Below are positions 1 to 14,400 of a stretch of 64,000 nucleotides of DNA, one piece after another. The stretch's first letter is position 1; each line of letters starts with the position of its first letter. Location of the stretch: NCBI GenBank assembly GCA_964016885.1, contig OZ024742.1:292950001-293014000 (forward strand), given 5' to 3'. This DNA is from Eledone cirrhosa. Its lineage: Eukaryota. The translations under genes were made by a program, and so were the position numbers. Under the pieces are notes generated by a model. It was not told where the DNA came from. It did not search any database and worked only from the letters and a program-made list of their open reading frames with translations.

Positions 1-2265
1 TCATAAACACAACTATATTACTGAGGCAAGGTGATAGCTTAATAGATATATCTAGTCATAAACACAACTATATTACTGAGTCAAGGTGATAGCTTAATAG
101 ATATATCTAGTCATAAACACAACTATATTACTGAGTCAAGGTGATAGCTTAATAGATATATGTAGTCATAAACACAACTATATTACTGAGTCAAGGTGAT
201 AGCTTAATAGATATATCTAGTCATAAACACAACTATATTACTGAGTAAAGGTGATAGCTTAATAGATATATCTGGTCATAAACACAACTATACTGAGTCA
301 AGGTGATAGCTTAATAGATATATCTAGTCATAAACACAACTATATTACTGAGTCAAGGTGATAGCTTAATAGATATATCTAGTCATAAACACAACTATAC
401 TGAGTCAAGGTGATAGCTTAATAGATATATCTGGTCATAAACACAACTATACTGAGTCAAGGTGATAGCTTAATAGATATATGTAGTCATAAACACAACT
501 ATATTACTGAGTCAAGGTGATAGCTTAATAGATATATGTAGTCATAAACACAACTATATTACTGAGTAAAGGTGATAGCTTAATAGATATATCTGGTCAT
601 AAACACAACTATACTGAGTCAAGGTGATAGCTTAATAGATATATCTAGTCATAAACACAACTATATTACTGAGTCAAGGTGATAGCTTAATAGATATATC
701 TAGTCATAAACACAACTATACTGAGTCAATGTGATAGCTTAAGAGATATATCTGGTCATAAACACAACTATACTGAGTCAAGGTGATAGCTTAATAGATA
801 TATCTAGTCATAAACACAACTATATTACTGAGTCAAGGTGATAGCTTAATAGATATATCTAGTCATAAACACAACTATATTACTGAGACAAGGTGATAGC
901 TTAATAGATATATCTAGTAATAAACACAACTATACTGAGTCAAGGTGGTAGCTTAATAGATATATCTGGTCATAAACACAACTATATTACTGAGTCAAGG
1001 TGATAGCTTAATAGATATATCTAGTCATAAACACAACTATACTGAGTCAAGGTGATAGCTTAATAGATATATCTAGTCATAAACCAACTATATTACTGAG
1101 TCAAGGTGATAGCTTAATAGATATATCTAGTCATAAACACAACTATATTACTGAGTCAAGGTGATAGCTTAATAGATATATCTGGTCATAAACACAACTA
1201 TATTACTGAGTCAAGGTGATAGCTTAATAGATATATCTAGTCATAAACACAACTATACTGAGTCAAGGTGATAGCTTAATAGATATATCTGGTCATAAAC
1301 ACAACTATACTGAGTCAAGGTGATAGCTTAATAGATATATCTAGTCATAAACACAACTATATTACTGAGTCAAGGTGATAGCTTAATAGATATATCTAGT
1401 CATAAACACAACTATATTACTGAGGCAAGGTGATAGCTTAATAGATATATCTAGTCATAAACACAACTATAGTACTGAGTCAAGGTGATAGCTTAATAGA
1501 TATATCTAGTCATAAACACAACTATATTACTGAGTCAAGGTGATAGCTTAATAGATATATGTAGTCATAAACACAACTATATTACTGAGTCAAGGTGATA
1601 GCTTAATAGATATATCTAGTCATAAACCAACTATATTACTGAGTCAAGGTGATAGCTTAATAGATATATCTAGTCATAAACACAACTATATTACTGAGTC
1701 AAGGTGATAGCTTAATAGATATATCTAGTCATAAACACAACTATATTACTGAGTCAAGGTGATAGCTTAATAGATATATCTGGTCATAAACACAACTATA
1801 CTGAGTCAAGGTGATAGCTTAATAGATATATCTAGTCATAAACACAACTATATTACTGAGTCAAGGTGATAGCTTAATAGATATATCTAGTCATAAACAC
1901 AACTATACTGTGTCAAGGTGATAGCTTAATAGATATATCTAGTCATAAACACAACTATATTACTGAGTCAAGGTGATAGCTTAATAGATATATCTAGTCA
2001 TAAACACAACTATATTACTGAGTCAAGGTGATAGCTTAATAGATATATCTAGTCATAAACACAACTATATTACTGAGTCAAGGTGATAGCTTAATAGATA
2101 TATATAGTCATAAACACAACTATACTGTGTCAAGGTGATAGCTTAATAGATATATCTAGTCATAAACACAACTATATTACTGAGTTAAGGTGATAGCTTA
2201 ATAGATATATCTAGTCATAAACACAACTATATTACTGAGTCAAGGTGATAGCTTAATAGATATAT

Positions 2266-3886
2266 TTCTTTTATTTGCCACTAGGGCATCAAAAGTGGGA
2301 CAAGTACAAAGGGGGGAGTTTACACAAAAAGGCGTCCTCAATAAGGAGAAGGCAATAACAAAATATAAAAATAAAATAAGATATAACAAAAAATAAAATT
2401 TTTAACAAAATCCTCAATAGAGAGGAGGCGCCTTGGGGGGTCGCACACACCCCCGAAAAAAGTGTGCAACCCTTCTCCTCAGGAGCACAGAGAAGGGGTG
2501 CTCCCTTGGTCTTTCATCTTCCTCACCTATAGTCTGATGTAGAGTGAAGGCCCATTCACACGGGCCATTCTCGCCACTTTCACCCATCTTTCATAGAAAC
2601 GGCTGGGGTGCAGCACCTCTCTCTCCATCCTGATCCTTCTTCCGAAATGATATCGGAAGAAACGGACCAGTTGTTGGCCAGAGAGAAAGGTGCCTGACCT
2701 CAGTCCTTTCAGACGCGTCCACCATACAACCTCTTTCGCCATGGCTATTACGCACAGAAACACCGCCTCTGCTTCATCTTTGAAGGGGGGAGGCGGCTTG
2801 ATCATTACAATAGACTCGGTGGTCAACCGGATCGGTCCCACCCTTGACAGCAGTTGTTCGACATAGCCCCACAGATCGGCTACGCCCGAGCAGTGTACTA
2901 ATGCGTGTGCAACGGTTTCCTCGTCGCACACGCATCTGGGACAGATCTTTTTGGCGGGGTCCCTACCCGGGCGCCCGTGTCTGTAGAGCCTTTCTCGAAC
3001 GGGTAAAGCCCCTCGGTAGCACTGCCAGGCCAGGGACTTCTGGAAGTTGTCCATAGGTCCCGGGCTAAATGTCCTACCGAAAAGGCTGGCCAGTTCGTCC
3101 TCCTCCATGTCTAGGGCTTCTCCGAGGGCGTCGTCGCACCTGCTGCGTACCAGCCCTCTATAGAATGTTGCGGTGGAGTCTCCACTGATAACCGGATCCG
3201 CCTGCCAGAGGGCGGTGAGCGCCTGGGCACACTCAGTGTGCCAGGCGCCCAGTTTTCTCGGTCTTTGCTTGACCCAGGATTGCAGCTCGGTGAGTGAGAC
3301 GAGTCTGGGAAAGGTTCGTCTCACAAACGAGGCCCACACCGGTTGTCCGGTGAGGAATACGTAGAGGTGCCGTAGCCTTAATGCGTGTTTACGCATCATT
3401 AGCCACGGCATCCCCAGCCCTCCTTTCGAAGGGTGTTGACAGCAGATGGATCTCCTCACCATAGGAGCCCGCCTCTTCCAAAGGAATTGGAAGAGCGCGC
3501 GCTCCATCTTGGTGAGGGTTTCCCTTGGGCAGGGCACTACGGTCAGGCGGTAGTAGATGACGGACGCTATGTAGGTGTTCGCCACCTCCGCCCGACCTTT
3601 CAGGGATAGTTTGCAACTGGCCCACTTCTGGGTCAGTGCAAACACTCTGTTCGTAACCTCCGCCCAGTTTTTCTCCACCTGGAGGTCCGGTCCGAACCAG
3701 ACCCCGAGCAACTTCACCGGGCCCTCCGTCCAGCGTCCGACGACGCTATCGGAGGGCATCGGTCTGCCCCTCCACGTGCCGAGTTGCAAACCGATCGACT
3801 TGTCCCGGTTCAGCTTAGCCCCTGTGAACTTTTCGTACTCCTCCAGTAAGGTGCCGACCGCCTCGATTTCGGAGGCCGTCGACACC
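2266..3886 (-). mobile_element. 5'-truncated Tx1/L1-clade non-LTR retrotransposon inserted in satellite A, 10-bp TSD ATAGATATAT
   Basis: ATAGATATAT at 2256-2265 and 3887-3896; GC-rich; 3' end ...GGCAAATAAAAGAA on the minus strand. Confidence 0.92.
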
Positions 3887-3888
3887 AT
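2527..3888 (-). CDS. Tx1/L1-type ORF2 C-terminal fragment (end of RT, thumb, CCHC zinc knuckle)
   Basis: 453 aa uninterrupted; GAKLNRDKS, KLLGVWF, LSLKGRAEV, SKGGLGMP, CPRCVCDEETVAHALVHC; the ATG is formed at the junction with the TSD. Confidence 0.88.
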   Translation of the reverse strand: MVSTASEIEAVGTLLEEYEKFTGAKLNRDKSIGLQLGTWRGRPMPSDSVVGRWTEGPVKLLGVWFGPDLQVEKNWAEVTNRVFALTQKWASCKLSLKGRAEVANTYIASVIYYRLTVVPCPRETLTKMERALFQFLWKRRAPMVRRSICCQHPSKGGLGMPWLMMRKHALRLRHLYVFLTGQPVWASFVRRTFPRLVSLTELQSWVKQRPRKLGAWHTECAQALTALWQADPVISGDSTATFYRGLVRSRCDDALGEALDMEEDELASLFGRTFSPGPMDNFQKSLAWQCYRGALPVRERLYRHGRPGRDPAKKICPRCVCDEETVAHALVHCSGVADLWGYVEQLLSRVGPIRLTTESIVMIKPPPPFKDEAEAVFLCVIAMAKEVVWWTRLKGLRSGTFLSGQQLVRFFRYHFGRRIRMEREVLHPSRFYERWVKVARMARVNGPSLYIRL

Positions 3889-6800
3889 AGATATATCTAG
3901 TCATAAACACAACTATATTACTGAGTCAAGGTGATAGCTTAATAGATATATCTGGTCATAAACACAACTATACTGAGTCAAGGTGATAGCTTAATAGATA
4001 TATCTAGTCATAAACACAACTATACTGAATCAAGGTGTTAGCTTAATAGATATATCTAGTCATAAACACAACTATATTACTGAGTCAAGGTGATAGCTTA
4101 ATAGATATATCTGGTCATAAACACAACTATACTGAGTCAAGGTGATAGCTTAATAGATATATCTAGTCATAAACACAACTATATTACTGAGTCAAGGTGA
4201 TAGCTTAATAGATATATCTAGTCATAAACCAACTATATTACTGAGTCAAGGTGATAGCTTAATAGATATATCTAGTCATAAACACAACTATATTACTGAG
4301 TCAAGGTTATAGCTTAATAGATATATCTAGTCATAAACACAACTATATTACTGAGTCAAGGTGATAGCTTAATAGATATATCTAGTCATAAACACAACTA
4401 TATTACTGAGTCAAGGTGATAGCTTAATAGATATATCTAGTCATAAACCAACTATATTACTGAGTCAAGGTGATAGCTTAATAGATATATCTAGTCATAA
4501 ACACAACTATATTAGTGAGTCAAGGTGATAGCTTAATAGATATATCTGGTCATAAACACAACTATACTGAGTCAAGGTGATAGCTTAATAGATATATCTA
4601 GTCATAAACACAACTATATTACTGAGTCAAGGTGATAGCTTAATAGATATATCTAGTCATAAACACAACTATATTACTGAGTCAAGGTGATAGCTTAATA
4701 GATATATCTAGTCATAAACACAACTATACTGAGTCAAGGTGATAGCTTAATAGATATATCTAGTCATAAACCAACTATATTACTGAGTCAAGGTGATAGC
4801 TTAATAGATATATCTAGTCTTAAACACAACTATATTACTGAGTCAAGGTGATAGCTTAATAGATATATCTAGTCATAAACACAACTATATTACTGAGTCA
4901 AGGTGATAGCTTAATAGATATATCTGGTCATAAACACAACTATATTACTGAGTCAAGGTGATAGCTTAATAGATATATCTAGTCATAAACACAACTATAC
5001 TGAGTCAAGGTGATAGCTTAATAGATATATCTGGTCATAAACACAACTATACTGAGTCAAGGTGATAGCTTAATAGATATATCTAGTCATAAACACAACT
5101 ATATTACTGAGTCAAGGTGATAGCTTAATAGATATATCTAGTCATAAACACAACTATTCTGAGTCAAGGTGATAGCTTAATAGATATATCTGGTCATACA
5201 CACAACTATACTGAGTCAAGGTGATAGCTTAATAGATATATCTGGTCATAAACACAACTATACTGAGTCAAGGTGATAGCTTAATAGATATATCTAGTCA
5301 TAAACACAACTATATTACTGAGTCAAGGTGATAGCTTAATAGATATATCTAGTCATAAACACAACTATATTACTGAGTCAAGGTGATAGCTTAATAGATA
5401 TATCTGGTCATAAACACAACTATATTACTGAGTCAAGGTGATAGCTTAATAGATATATCTAGTCATAAACACAACTATACTGAGTCAAGGTGATAGCTTA
5501 ATAGATATATCTGGTCATAAACACAACTATACTGAGTCAAGGTGATAGCTTAATAGATATATCTAGTCATAAACACAACTATATTACTGAGTCAAGGTGA
5601 TAGCTTAATAGATATATCTAGTCATAAACACAACTATTCTGAGTCAAGGTGATAGCTTAATAGATATATCTGGTCATACACACAACTATACTGAGTCAAG
5701 GTGATAGCTTAATAGATATATCTGGTCATAAACACAACTATACTGAGTCAAGGTGATAGCTTAATAGATATATCTAGTCATAAACACAACTATATTACTG
5801 AGTCAAGGTGATAGCTTAATAGATATATCTAGTCATAAACACAACTATATTACTGAGTCAAGGCGATAGCTTAATAGATATATCTAGTCATAAACACAAC
5901 TATACTGAGTCAAGGTGATAGCTTAATAGATATATCTGGTCATAAACACAACTATATTACTGAGTCAAGGTGATAGCTTAATAGATAAATCTAGTCATAA
6001 ACACAACTATATTACTGAGGCAAGGTGATAGCTTAATAGATATATCTAGTCATAAACACAACTATATTACTGAGTCAAGGTGATAGCTTAATAGATATAT
6101 CTAGTCATAAACACAACTATATTACTGAGTCAAGGTGATAGCTTAATAGATATATGTAGTCATAAACACAACTATATTACTGAGTCAAGGTGATAGCTTA
6201 ATAGATATATCTAGTCATAAACACAACTATATTACTGAGTAAAGGTGATAGCTTAATAGATATATCTGGTCATAAACACAACTATACTGAGTCAAGGTGA
6301 TAGCTTAATAGATATATCTAGTCATAAACACAACTATATTACTGAGTCAAGGTGATAGCTTAATAGATATATCTAGTCATAAACACAACTATACTGAGTC
6401 AAGGTGATAGCTTAATAGATATATCTGGTCATAAACACAACTATACTGAGTCAAGGTGATAGCTTAATAGATATATGTAGTCATAAACACAACTATATTA
6501 CTGAGTCAAGGTGATAGCTTAATAGATATATGTAGTCATAAACACAACTATATTACTGAGTAAAGGTGATAGCTTAATAGATATATCTGGTCATAAACAC
6601 AACTATACTGAGTCAAGGTGATAGCTTAATAGATATATCTAGTCATAAACACAACTATATTACTGAGTCAAGGTGATAGCTTAATAGATATATCTAGTCA
6701 TAAACACAACTATACTGAGTCAAGGTGATAGCTTAATAGATATATCTGGTCATAAACACAACTATACTGAGTCAAGGTGATAGCTTAATAGATATATCTA

Positions 6801-9800
6801 GTCATAAACACAACTATATTACTGAGTCAAGGTGATAGCTTAATAGATATATCTAGTCATAAACACAACTATATTACTGAGTCAAGGTGATAGCTTAATA
6901 GATATATCTAGTAATAAACACAACTATACTGAGTCAAGGTGGTAGCTTAATAGATATATCTGGTCATAAACACAACTATATTACTGAGTCAAGGTGATAG
7001 CTTAATAGATATATCTAGTCATAAACACAACTATACTGAGTCAAGGTGATAGCTTAATAGATATATCTAGTCATAAACCAACTATATTACTGAGTCAAGG
7101 TGATAGCTTAATAGATATATCTAGTCATAAACACAACTATATTACTGAGTCAAGGTGATAGCTTAATAGATATATCTGGTCATAAACACAACTATATTAC
7201 TGAGTCAAGGTGATAGCTTAATAGATATATCTAGTCATAAACACAAATATACTGAGTCAAGGTGATAGCTTAATAGATATATCTGGTCATAAACACAACT
7301 ATACTGAGTCAAGGTGATAGCTTAATAGATATATCTAGTCATAAACACAACTATATTACTGAGTCAAGGTGATAGCTTAATAGATATATCTAGTCATAAA
7401 CACAACTATATTACTGAGGCAAGGTGATAGCTTAATAGATATATCTAGTCATAAACACAACTATATTACTGAGTCAAGGTGATAGCTTAATAGATATATC
7501 TAGTCATAAACACAACTATATTACTGAGTCAAGGTGATAGCTTAATAGATATATGTAGTCATAAACACAACTATATTACTGAGTCAAGGTGATAGCTTAA
7601 TAGATATATCTAGTCATAAACCAACTATATTACTGAGTCAAGGTGATAGCTTAATAGATATATCTAGTCATAAACACAACTATATTACTGAGTCAAGGTG
7701 ATAGCTTAATAGATATATCTAGTCATAAACACAACTATATTACTGAGTCAAGGTGATAGCTTAATAGATATATCTGGTCATAAACACAACTATACTGAGT
7801 CAAGGTGATAGCTTAATAGATATATCTAGTCATAAACACAACTATATTACTGAGTCAAGGTGATAGCTTAATAGATATATCTAGTCATAAACACAACTAT
7901 ACTGTGTCAAGGTGATAGCTTAATAGATATATCTAGTCATAAACACAACTATATTACTGAGTCAAGGTGATAGCTTAATAGATATATCTAGTCATAAACA
8001 CAACTATATTACTGAGTCAAGGTGATAGCTTAATAGATATATCTAGTCATAAACACAACTATATTACTGAGTCAAGGTGATAGCTTAATAGATATATATA
8101 GTCATAAACACAACTATACTGTGTCAAGGTGATAGCTTAATAGATATATCTAGTCATAAACACAACTATATTACTGAGTTAAGGTGATAGCTTAATAGAT
8201 ATATCTAGTCATAAACACAACTATATTACTGAGTCAAGGTGATAGCTTAATAGATATATCTAGTCATAAACACAACTATATTACTGAGTCAAGGTGATAG
8301 CTTAATAGATATATCTGGTCATAAACACAACTATACTGAGTCAAGGTGATAGCTTAATAGATATATCTAGTCATAAACACAACTATACTGAATCAAGGTG
8401 TTAGCTTAATAGATATATCTAGTCATAAACACAACTATATTACTGAGTCAAGGTGATAGCTTAATAGATATATCTGGTCATAAACACAACTATACTGAGT
8501 CAAGGTGATAGCTTAATAGATATATCTAGTCATAAACACAACTATATTACTGAGTCAAGGTGATAGCTTAATAGATATATCTAGTCATAAACCAACTATA
8601 TTACTGAGTCAAGGTGATAGCTTAATAGATATATCTAGTCATAAACACAACTATATTACTGAGTCAAGGTTATAGCTTAATAGATATATCTAGTCATAAA
8701 CACAACTATATTACTGAGTCAAGGTGATAGCTTAATAGATATATCTAGTCATAAACACAACTATATTACTGAGTCAAGGTGATAGCTTAATAGATATATC
8801 TAGTCATAAACCAACTATATTACTGAGTCAAGGTGATAGCTTAATAGATATATCTAGTCATAAACACAACTATATTAGTGAGTCAAGGTGATAGCTTAAT
8901 AGATATATCTGGTCATAAACACAACTATACTGAGTCAAGGTGATAGCTTAATAGATATATCTAGTCATAAACACAACTATATTACTGAGTCAAGGTGATA
9001 GCTTAATAGATATATCTAGTCATAAACACAACTATATTACTGAGTCAAGGTGATAGCTTAATAGATATATCTAGTCATAAACACAACTATACTGAGTCAA
9101 GGTGATAGCTTAATAGATATATCTAGTCATAAACCAACTATATTACTGAGTCAAGGTGATAGCTTAATAGATATATCTAGTCTTAAACACAACTATATTA
9201 CTGAGTCAAGGTGATAGCTTAATAGATATATCTAGTCATAAACACAACTATATTACTGAGTCAAGGTGATAGCTTAATAGATATATCTGGTCATAAACAC
9301 AACTATATTACTGAGTCAAGGTGATAGCTTAATAGATATATCTAGTCATAAACACAACTATACTGAGTCAAGGTGATAGCTTAATAGATATATCTGGTCA
9401 TAAACACAACTATACTGAGTCAAGGTGATAGCTTAATAGATATATCTAGTCATAAACACAACTATATTACTGAGTCAAGGTGATAGCTTAATAGATATAT
9501 CTAGTCATAAACACAACTATTCTGAGTCAAGGTGATAGCTTAATAGATATATCTGGTCATACACACAACTATACTGAGTCAAGGTGATAGCTTAATAGAT
9601 ATATCTGGTCATAAACACAACTATACTGAGTCAAGGTGATAGCTTAATAGATATATCTAGTCATAAACACAACTATATTACTGAGTCAAGGTGATAGCTT
9701 AATAGATATATCTAGTCATAAACACAACTATATTACTGAGTCAAGGCGATAGCTTAATAGATATATCTAGTCATAAACACAACTATACTGAGTCAAGGTG

Positions 9801-12800
9801 ATAGCATAATAGATATATCTGGTCATAAACACAACTATATTACTGAGTCAAGGTGATAGCTTAATAGATATATCTAGTCATAAACACAACTATATTACTG
9901 AGGCAAGGTGATAGCTTAATAGATATATCTAGTCATAAACACAACTATATTACTGAGTCAAGGTGATAGCTTAATAGATATATCTAGTCATAAACACAAC
10001 TATATTACTGAGTCAAGGTGATAGCTTAATAGATATATGTAGTCATAAACACAACTATATTACTGAGTCAAGGTGATAGCTTAATAGATATATCTAGTCA
10101 TAAACACAACTATATTACTGAGTAAAGGTGATAGCTTAATAGATATATCTGGTCATAAACACAACTATACTGAGTCAAGGTGATAGCTTAATAGATATAT
10201 CTAGTCATAAACACAACTATATTACTGAGTCAAGGTGATAGCTTAATAGATATATCTAGTCATAAACACAACTATACTGAGTCAAGGTGATAGCTTAATA
10301 GATATATCTGGTCATAAACACAACTATACTGAGTCAAGGTGATAGCTTAATAGATATATGTAGTCATAAACACAACTATATTACTGAGTCAAGGTGATAG
10401 CTTAATAGATATATGTAGTCATAAACACAACTATATTACTGAGTAAAGGTGATAGCTTAATAGATATATCTGGTCATAAACACAACTATACTGAGTCAAG
10501 GTGATAGCTTAATAGATATATCTAGTCATAAACACAACTATATTACTGAGTCAAGGTGATAGCTTAATAGATATATCTAGTCATAAACACAACTATATTA
10601 CTGAGTCAAGGTGATAGCTTAATAGATATATCTAGTAATAAACACAACTATACTGAGTCAAGGTGGTAGCTTAATAGATATATCTGGTCATAAACACAAC
10701 TATATTACTGAGTCAAGGTGATAGCTTAATAGATATATCTAGTCATAAACACAACTATACTGAGTCAAGGTGATAGCTTAATAGATATATCTAGTCATAA
10801 ACCAACTATATTACTGAGTCAAGGTGATAGCTTAATAGATATATCTAGTCATAAACACAACTATATTACTGAGTCAAGGTGATAGCTTAATAGATATATC
10901 TGGTCATAAACACAACTATATTACTGAGTCAAGGTGATAGCTTAATAGATATATCTAGTCCTAAACACAACTATACTGAGTCAAGGTGATAGCTTAATAG
11001 ATATATCTGGTCATAAACACAACTATACTGAGTCAAGGTGATAGCTTAATAGATATATCTAGTCATAAACACAACTATATTACTGAGTCAAGGTGATAGC
11101 TTAATAGATATATCTAGTCATAAACACAACTATATTACTGAGGCAAGGTGATAGCTTAATAGATATATCTAGTCATAAACACAACTATATTACTGAGTCA
11201 AGGTGATAGCTTAATAGATATATCTAGTCATAAACACAACTATATTACTGAGTCAAGGTGATAGCTTAATAGATATATGTAGTCATAAACACAACTATAT
11301 TACTGAGTCAAGGTGATAGCTTAATAGATATATCTAGTCATAAACCAACTATATTACTGAGTCAAGGTGATAGCTTAATAGATATATCTAGTCATAAACA
11401 CAACTATATTACTGAGTCAAGGTGATAGCTTAATAGATATATCTAGTCATAAACACAACTATATTACTGAGTCAAGGTGATAGCTTAATAGATATATCTG
11501 GTCATAAACACAACTATACTGAGTCAAGGTGATAGCTTAATAGATATATCTAGTCATAAACACAACTATATTACTGAGTCAAGGTGATAGCTTAATAGAT
11601 ATATCTAGTCATAAACACAACTATACTGTGTCAAGGTGATAGCTTAATAGATATATCTAGTCATAAACACAACTATATTACTGAGTCAAGGTGATAGCTT
11701 AATAGATATATCTAGTCATAAACACAACTATATTACTGAGTCAAGGTGATAGCTTAATAGATATATCTAGTCATAAACACAACTATATTACTGAGTCAAG
11801 GTGATAGCTTAATAGATATATATAGTCATAAACACAACTATACTGTGTCAAGGTGATAGCTTAATAGATATATCTAGTCATAAACACAACTATATTACTG
11901 AGTTAAGGTGATAGCTTAATAGATATATCTAGTCATAAACACAACTATATTACTGAGTCAAGGTGATAGCTTAATAGATATATCTAGTCATAAACACAAC
12001 TATATTACTGAGTCAAGGTGATAGCTTAATAGATATATCTGGTCATAAACACAACTATACTGAGTCAAGGTGATAGCTTAATAGATATATCTAGTCATAA
12101 ACACAACTATATAACTGAGTCAAGGTGATAGCTTAATAGATATATCTAGTCATAAACCCAACTATACTGAGTCAAGGTGATAGCTTAATAGATATATCTG
12201 GTCATAAACACAACTATACTGAATCAAGGTGTTAGCTTAATAGATATATCTAGTCATAAACACAACTATATTACTGAGTCAAGGTGATAGCTTAATAGAT
12301 ATATCTAGTCATAAACACAACTATATTACTGAGTCAAGGTGATAGCTTAATAGATATATTTAGTCATAAACCAACTATATTACTGAGTCAAGGTGATAGC
12401 TTAATAGATATATCTAGTCATAAACACAACTATATTACTGAGTCAAGGTTATAGCTTAATAGATATATCTAGTCATAAACACAACTATATTACTGAGTCA
12501 AGGTGATAGCTTAATAGATATATCTAGTCATAAACACAACTATATTACTGAGTCAAGGTGATAGCTTAATAGATATATCTAGTCATAAACCAACTATATT
12601 ACTGAGTCAAGGTGATAGCTTAATAGATATATCTAGTCATAAACACAACTATATTAGTGAGTCAAGGTGATAGCTTAATAGATATATCTGGTCATAAACA
12701 CAACTATACTGAGTCAAGGTGATAGCTTAATAGATATATCTAGTCATAAACACAACTATATTACTGAGTCAAGGTGATAGCTTAATAGATATATCTAGTC

Positions 12801-13008
12801 ATAAACACAACTATATTACTGAGTCAAGGTGATAGCTTAATAGATATATCTAGTCATAAACCAACTATATTACTGAGTCAAGGTGATAGCTTAATAGATA
12901 TATCTAGTCATAAACACAACTATATTAGTGAGTCAAGGTGATAGCTTAATAGATATATCTAGTCATAAACACAACTATATTAGTGAGTCAAGGTGATAGC
13001 TTAATAGA

Positions 13009-13817
13009 CTGGCAACTGAAGTTGGCTATGGACAAGTGTACCACCATGCATTTTGGGAGTAAAAACCCAGCATCCACATACTCCCTCCACAACACTGATA
13101 TCAAGAAGTCCTCTTGTGAACATGACCTGGGCCGAGGGTGTCTTGGCATCACTCAGCAAGACCTTTGTTAGCCCCTCTCCAGCCCTCTATTTAAAACTGT
13201 ATACAGCTATGGTACAACCACACTTGGAATTCGCATCATCAGTCTGGAACGCCTATCTTGCTCAGAACATTGACCTCCTGGAAGCTGTTCAGAGACGTGC
13301 AACCAAGCGCATACTCTCCATCAGAGACCTACCATACTCTGAACACCTTGCTTCTCTGGGCATGGATTTATTGAAACTCCGACATCTGGCAATGTACTTT
13401 GTAAACACCCACAAAGTTATTAACCATCTCGCCAACAACAACCCTGAGCACCTTTTTGATCTCCATTTGTCTAACACACAGGGACATGCCTACAAAATCA
13501 GAAAACAGCACAGCTCCCATGACTTTCGGAAACATTTTTTCACGCTCAGAGTTGCTGAAGCATGGAACAAACTGCCTGCGTCAGTTGTTAGCTACCGAGA
13601 CACTGCATCCTTTAAAACCCTCATGCTTCCTGAAATACGCCAAAACTACACCTGATGTACCCCTTCCATACATATGCACACATGTGTATATCATGACTCA
13701 TGCACTGTTCATTTTCCTGACGTTTGTACATTACCCTATGTACTATACATACACTTTTGATGAGTTGTAAAGCACCTGAGCACTGTACACAATATTTTCA
13801 TTATTATTATTATTATT
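13009..13817 (+). mobile_element. 5'-truncated CR1/L2-type LINE 3' fragment with (ATT)n tail, copy 1
   Basis: DWQLKLAMDKC, LYTAMVQPHLEFASSVWN, LLEAVQRRATK, FFTLRVAEAWNKLP; frameshifted; ends TTATTATTATT. Confidence 0.9.
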
Positions 13818-14400
13818 ATATATCTGGTCATAAACACAACTATACTGAGTCAAGGTGATAACCTGTAGTAGTAGATTATTAATAGATGTATCTGGTCATA
13901 GATACAACTATATTACTGAGTCAAGGTGATAGCCTGTAGTAGTAGATTATTAATAGATGTATCTGGTCATAGACACAACTATATTACTGAGTCAAGGTGA
14001 TAACCTGTAGTAGTTTAATTATCAATAGATGTATCTGGTCATAGACACAACTATATTACTGAGTCAAGGTGATAGCCTGTAGTAGTAGATTATTAATAGA
14101 TGTATCTGGTCATAGACACAACTATATTACTGAGTCAAGGTGATAACCTGTAGTAGTAGATTATTAATAGATGTATCTGGTCATAGACACAACTATATTA
14201 CTGAGTCAAGGTGATAGCCTGTAGTAGTAGATTATTAATAGATGTATCTGGTCATAGACACAACTATATTACTGAGTCAAGGTGATAGCCTGTAGTAGTT
14301 TAATTATCAATAGATGTATCTGGTCATAGACACAACTATATTACTGAGTCAAGGTGATAACCTGTAGTAGTAGATTATCAATAGATGTATCTGGTCATAA
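13818..14400. repeat. 71-bp variant of satellite A (55-bp unit plus about 16 bp CTGTAGTAGTAGATTA), block 1
   Basis: Period 71 (13861 vs 13932), about 8 units. Confidence 0.93.

Larger units (their letters stand above)
1..13008. repeat. Satellite A, 55-bp tandem monomer (TCATAAACACAACTATATTACTGAGTCAAGGTGATAGCTTAATAGATATATCTAG) with 52/53-bp deletion variants; interrupted at 2266-3886
   Basis: Monomer start recurs at 1, 56, 111...; variants TATACTG (-3) and AAACCAAC (-2); contains the palindrome TAGATATATCTA. Confidence 0.98.
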
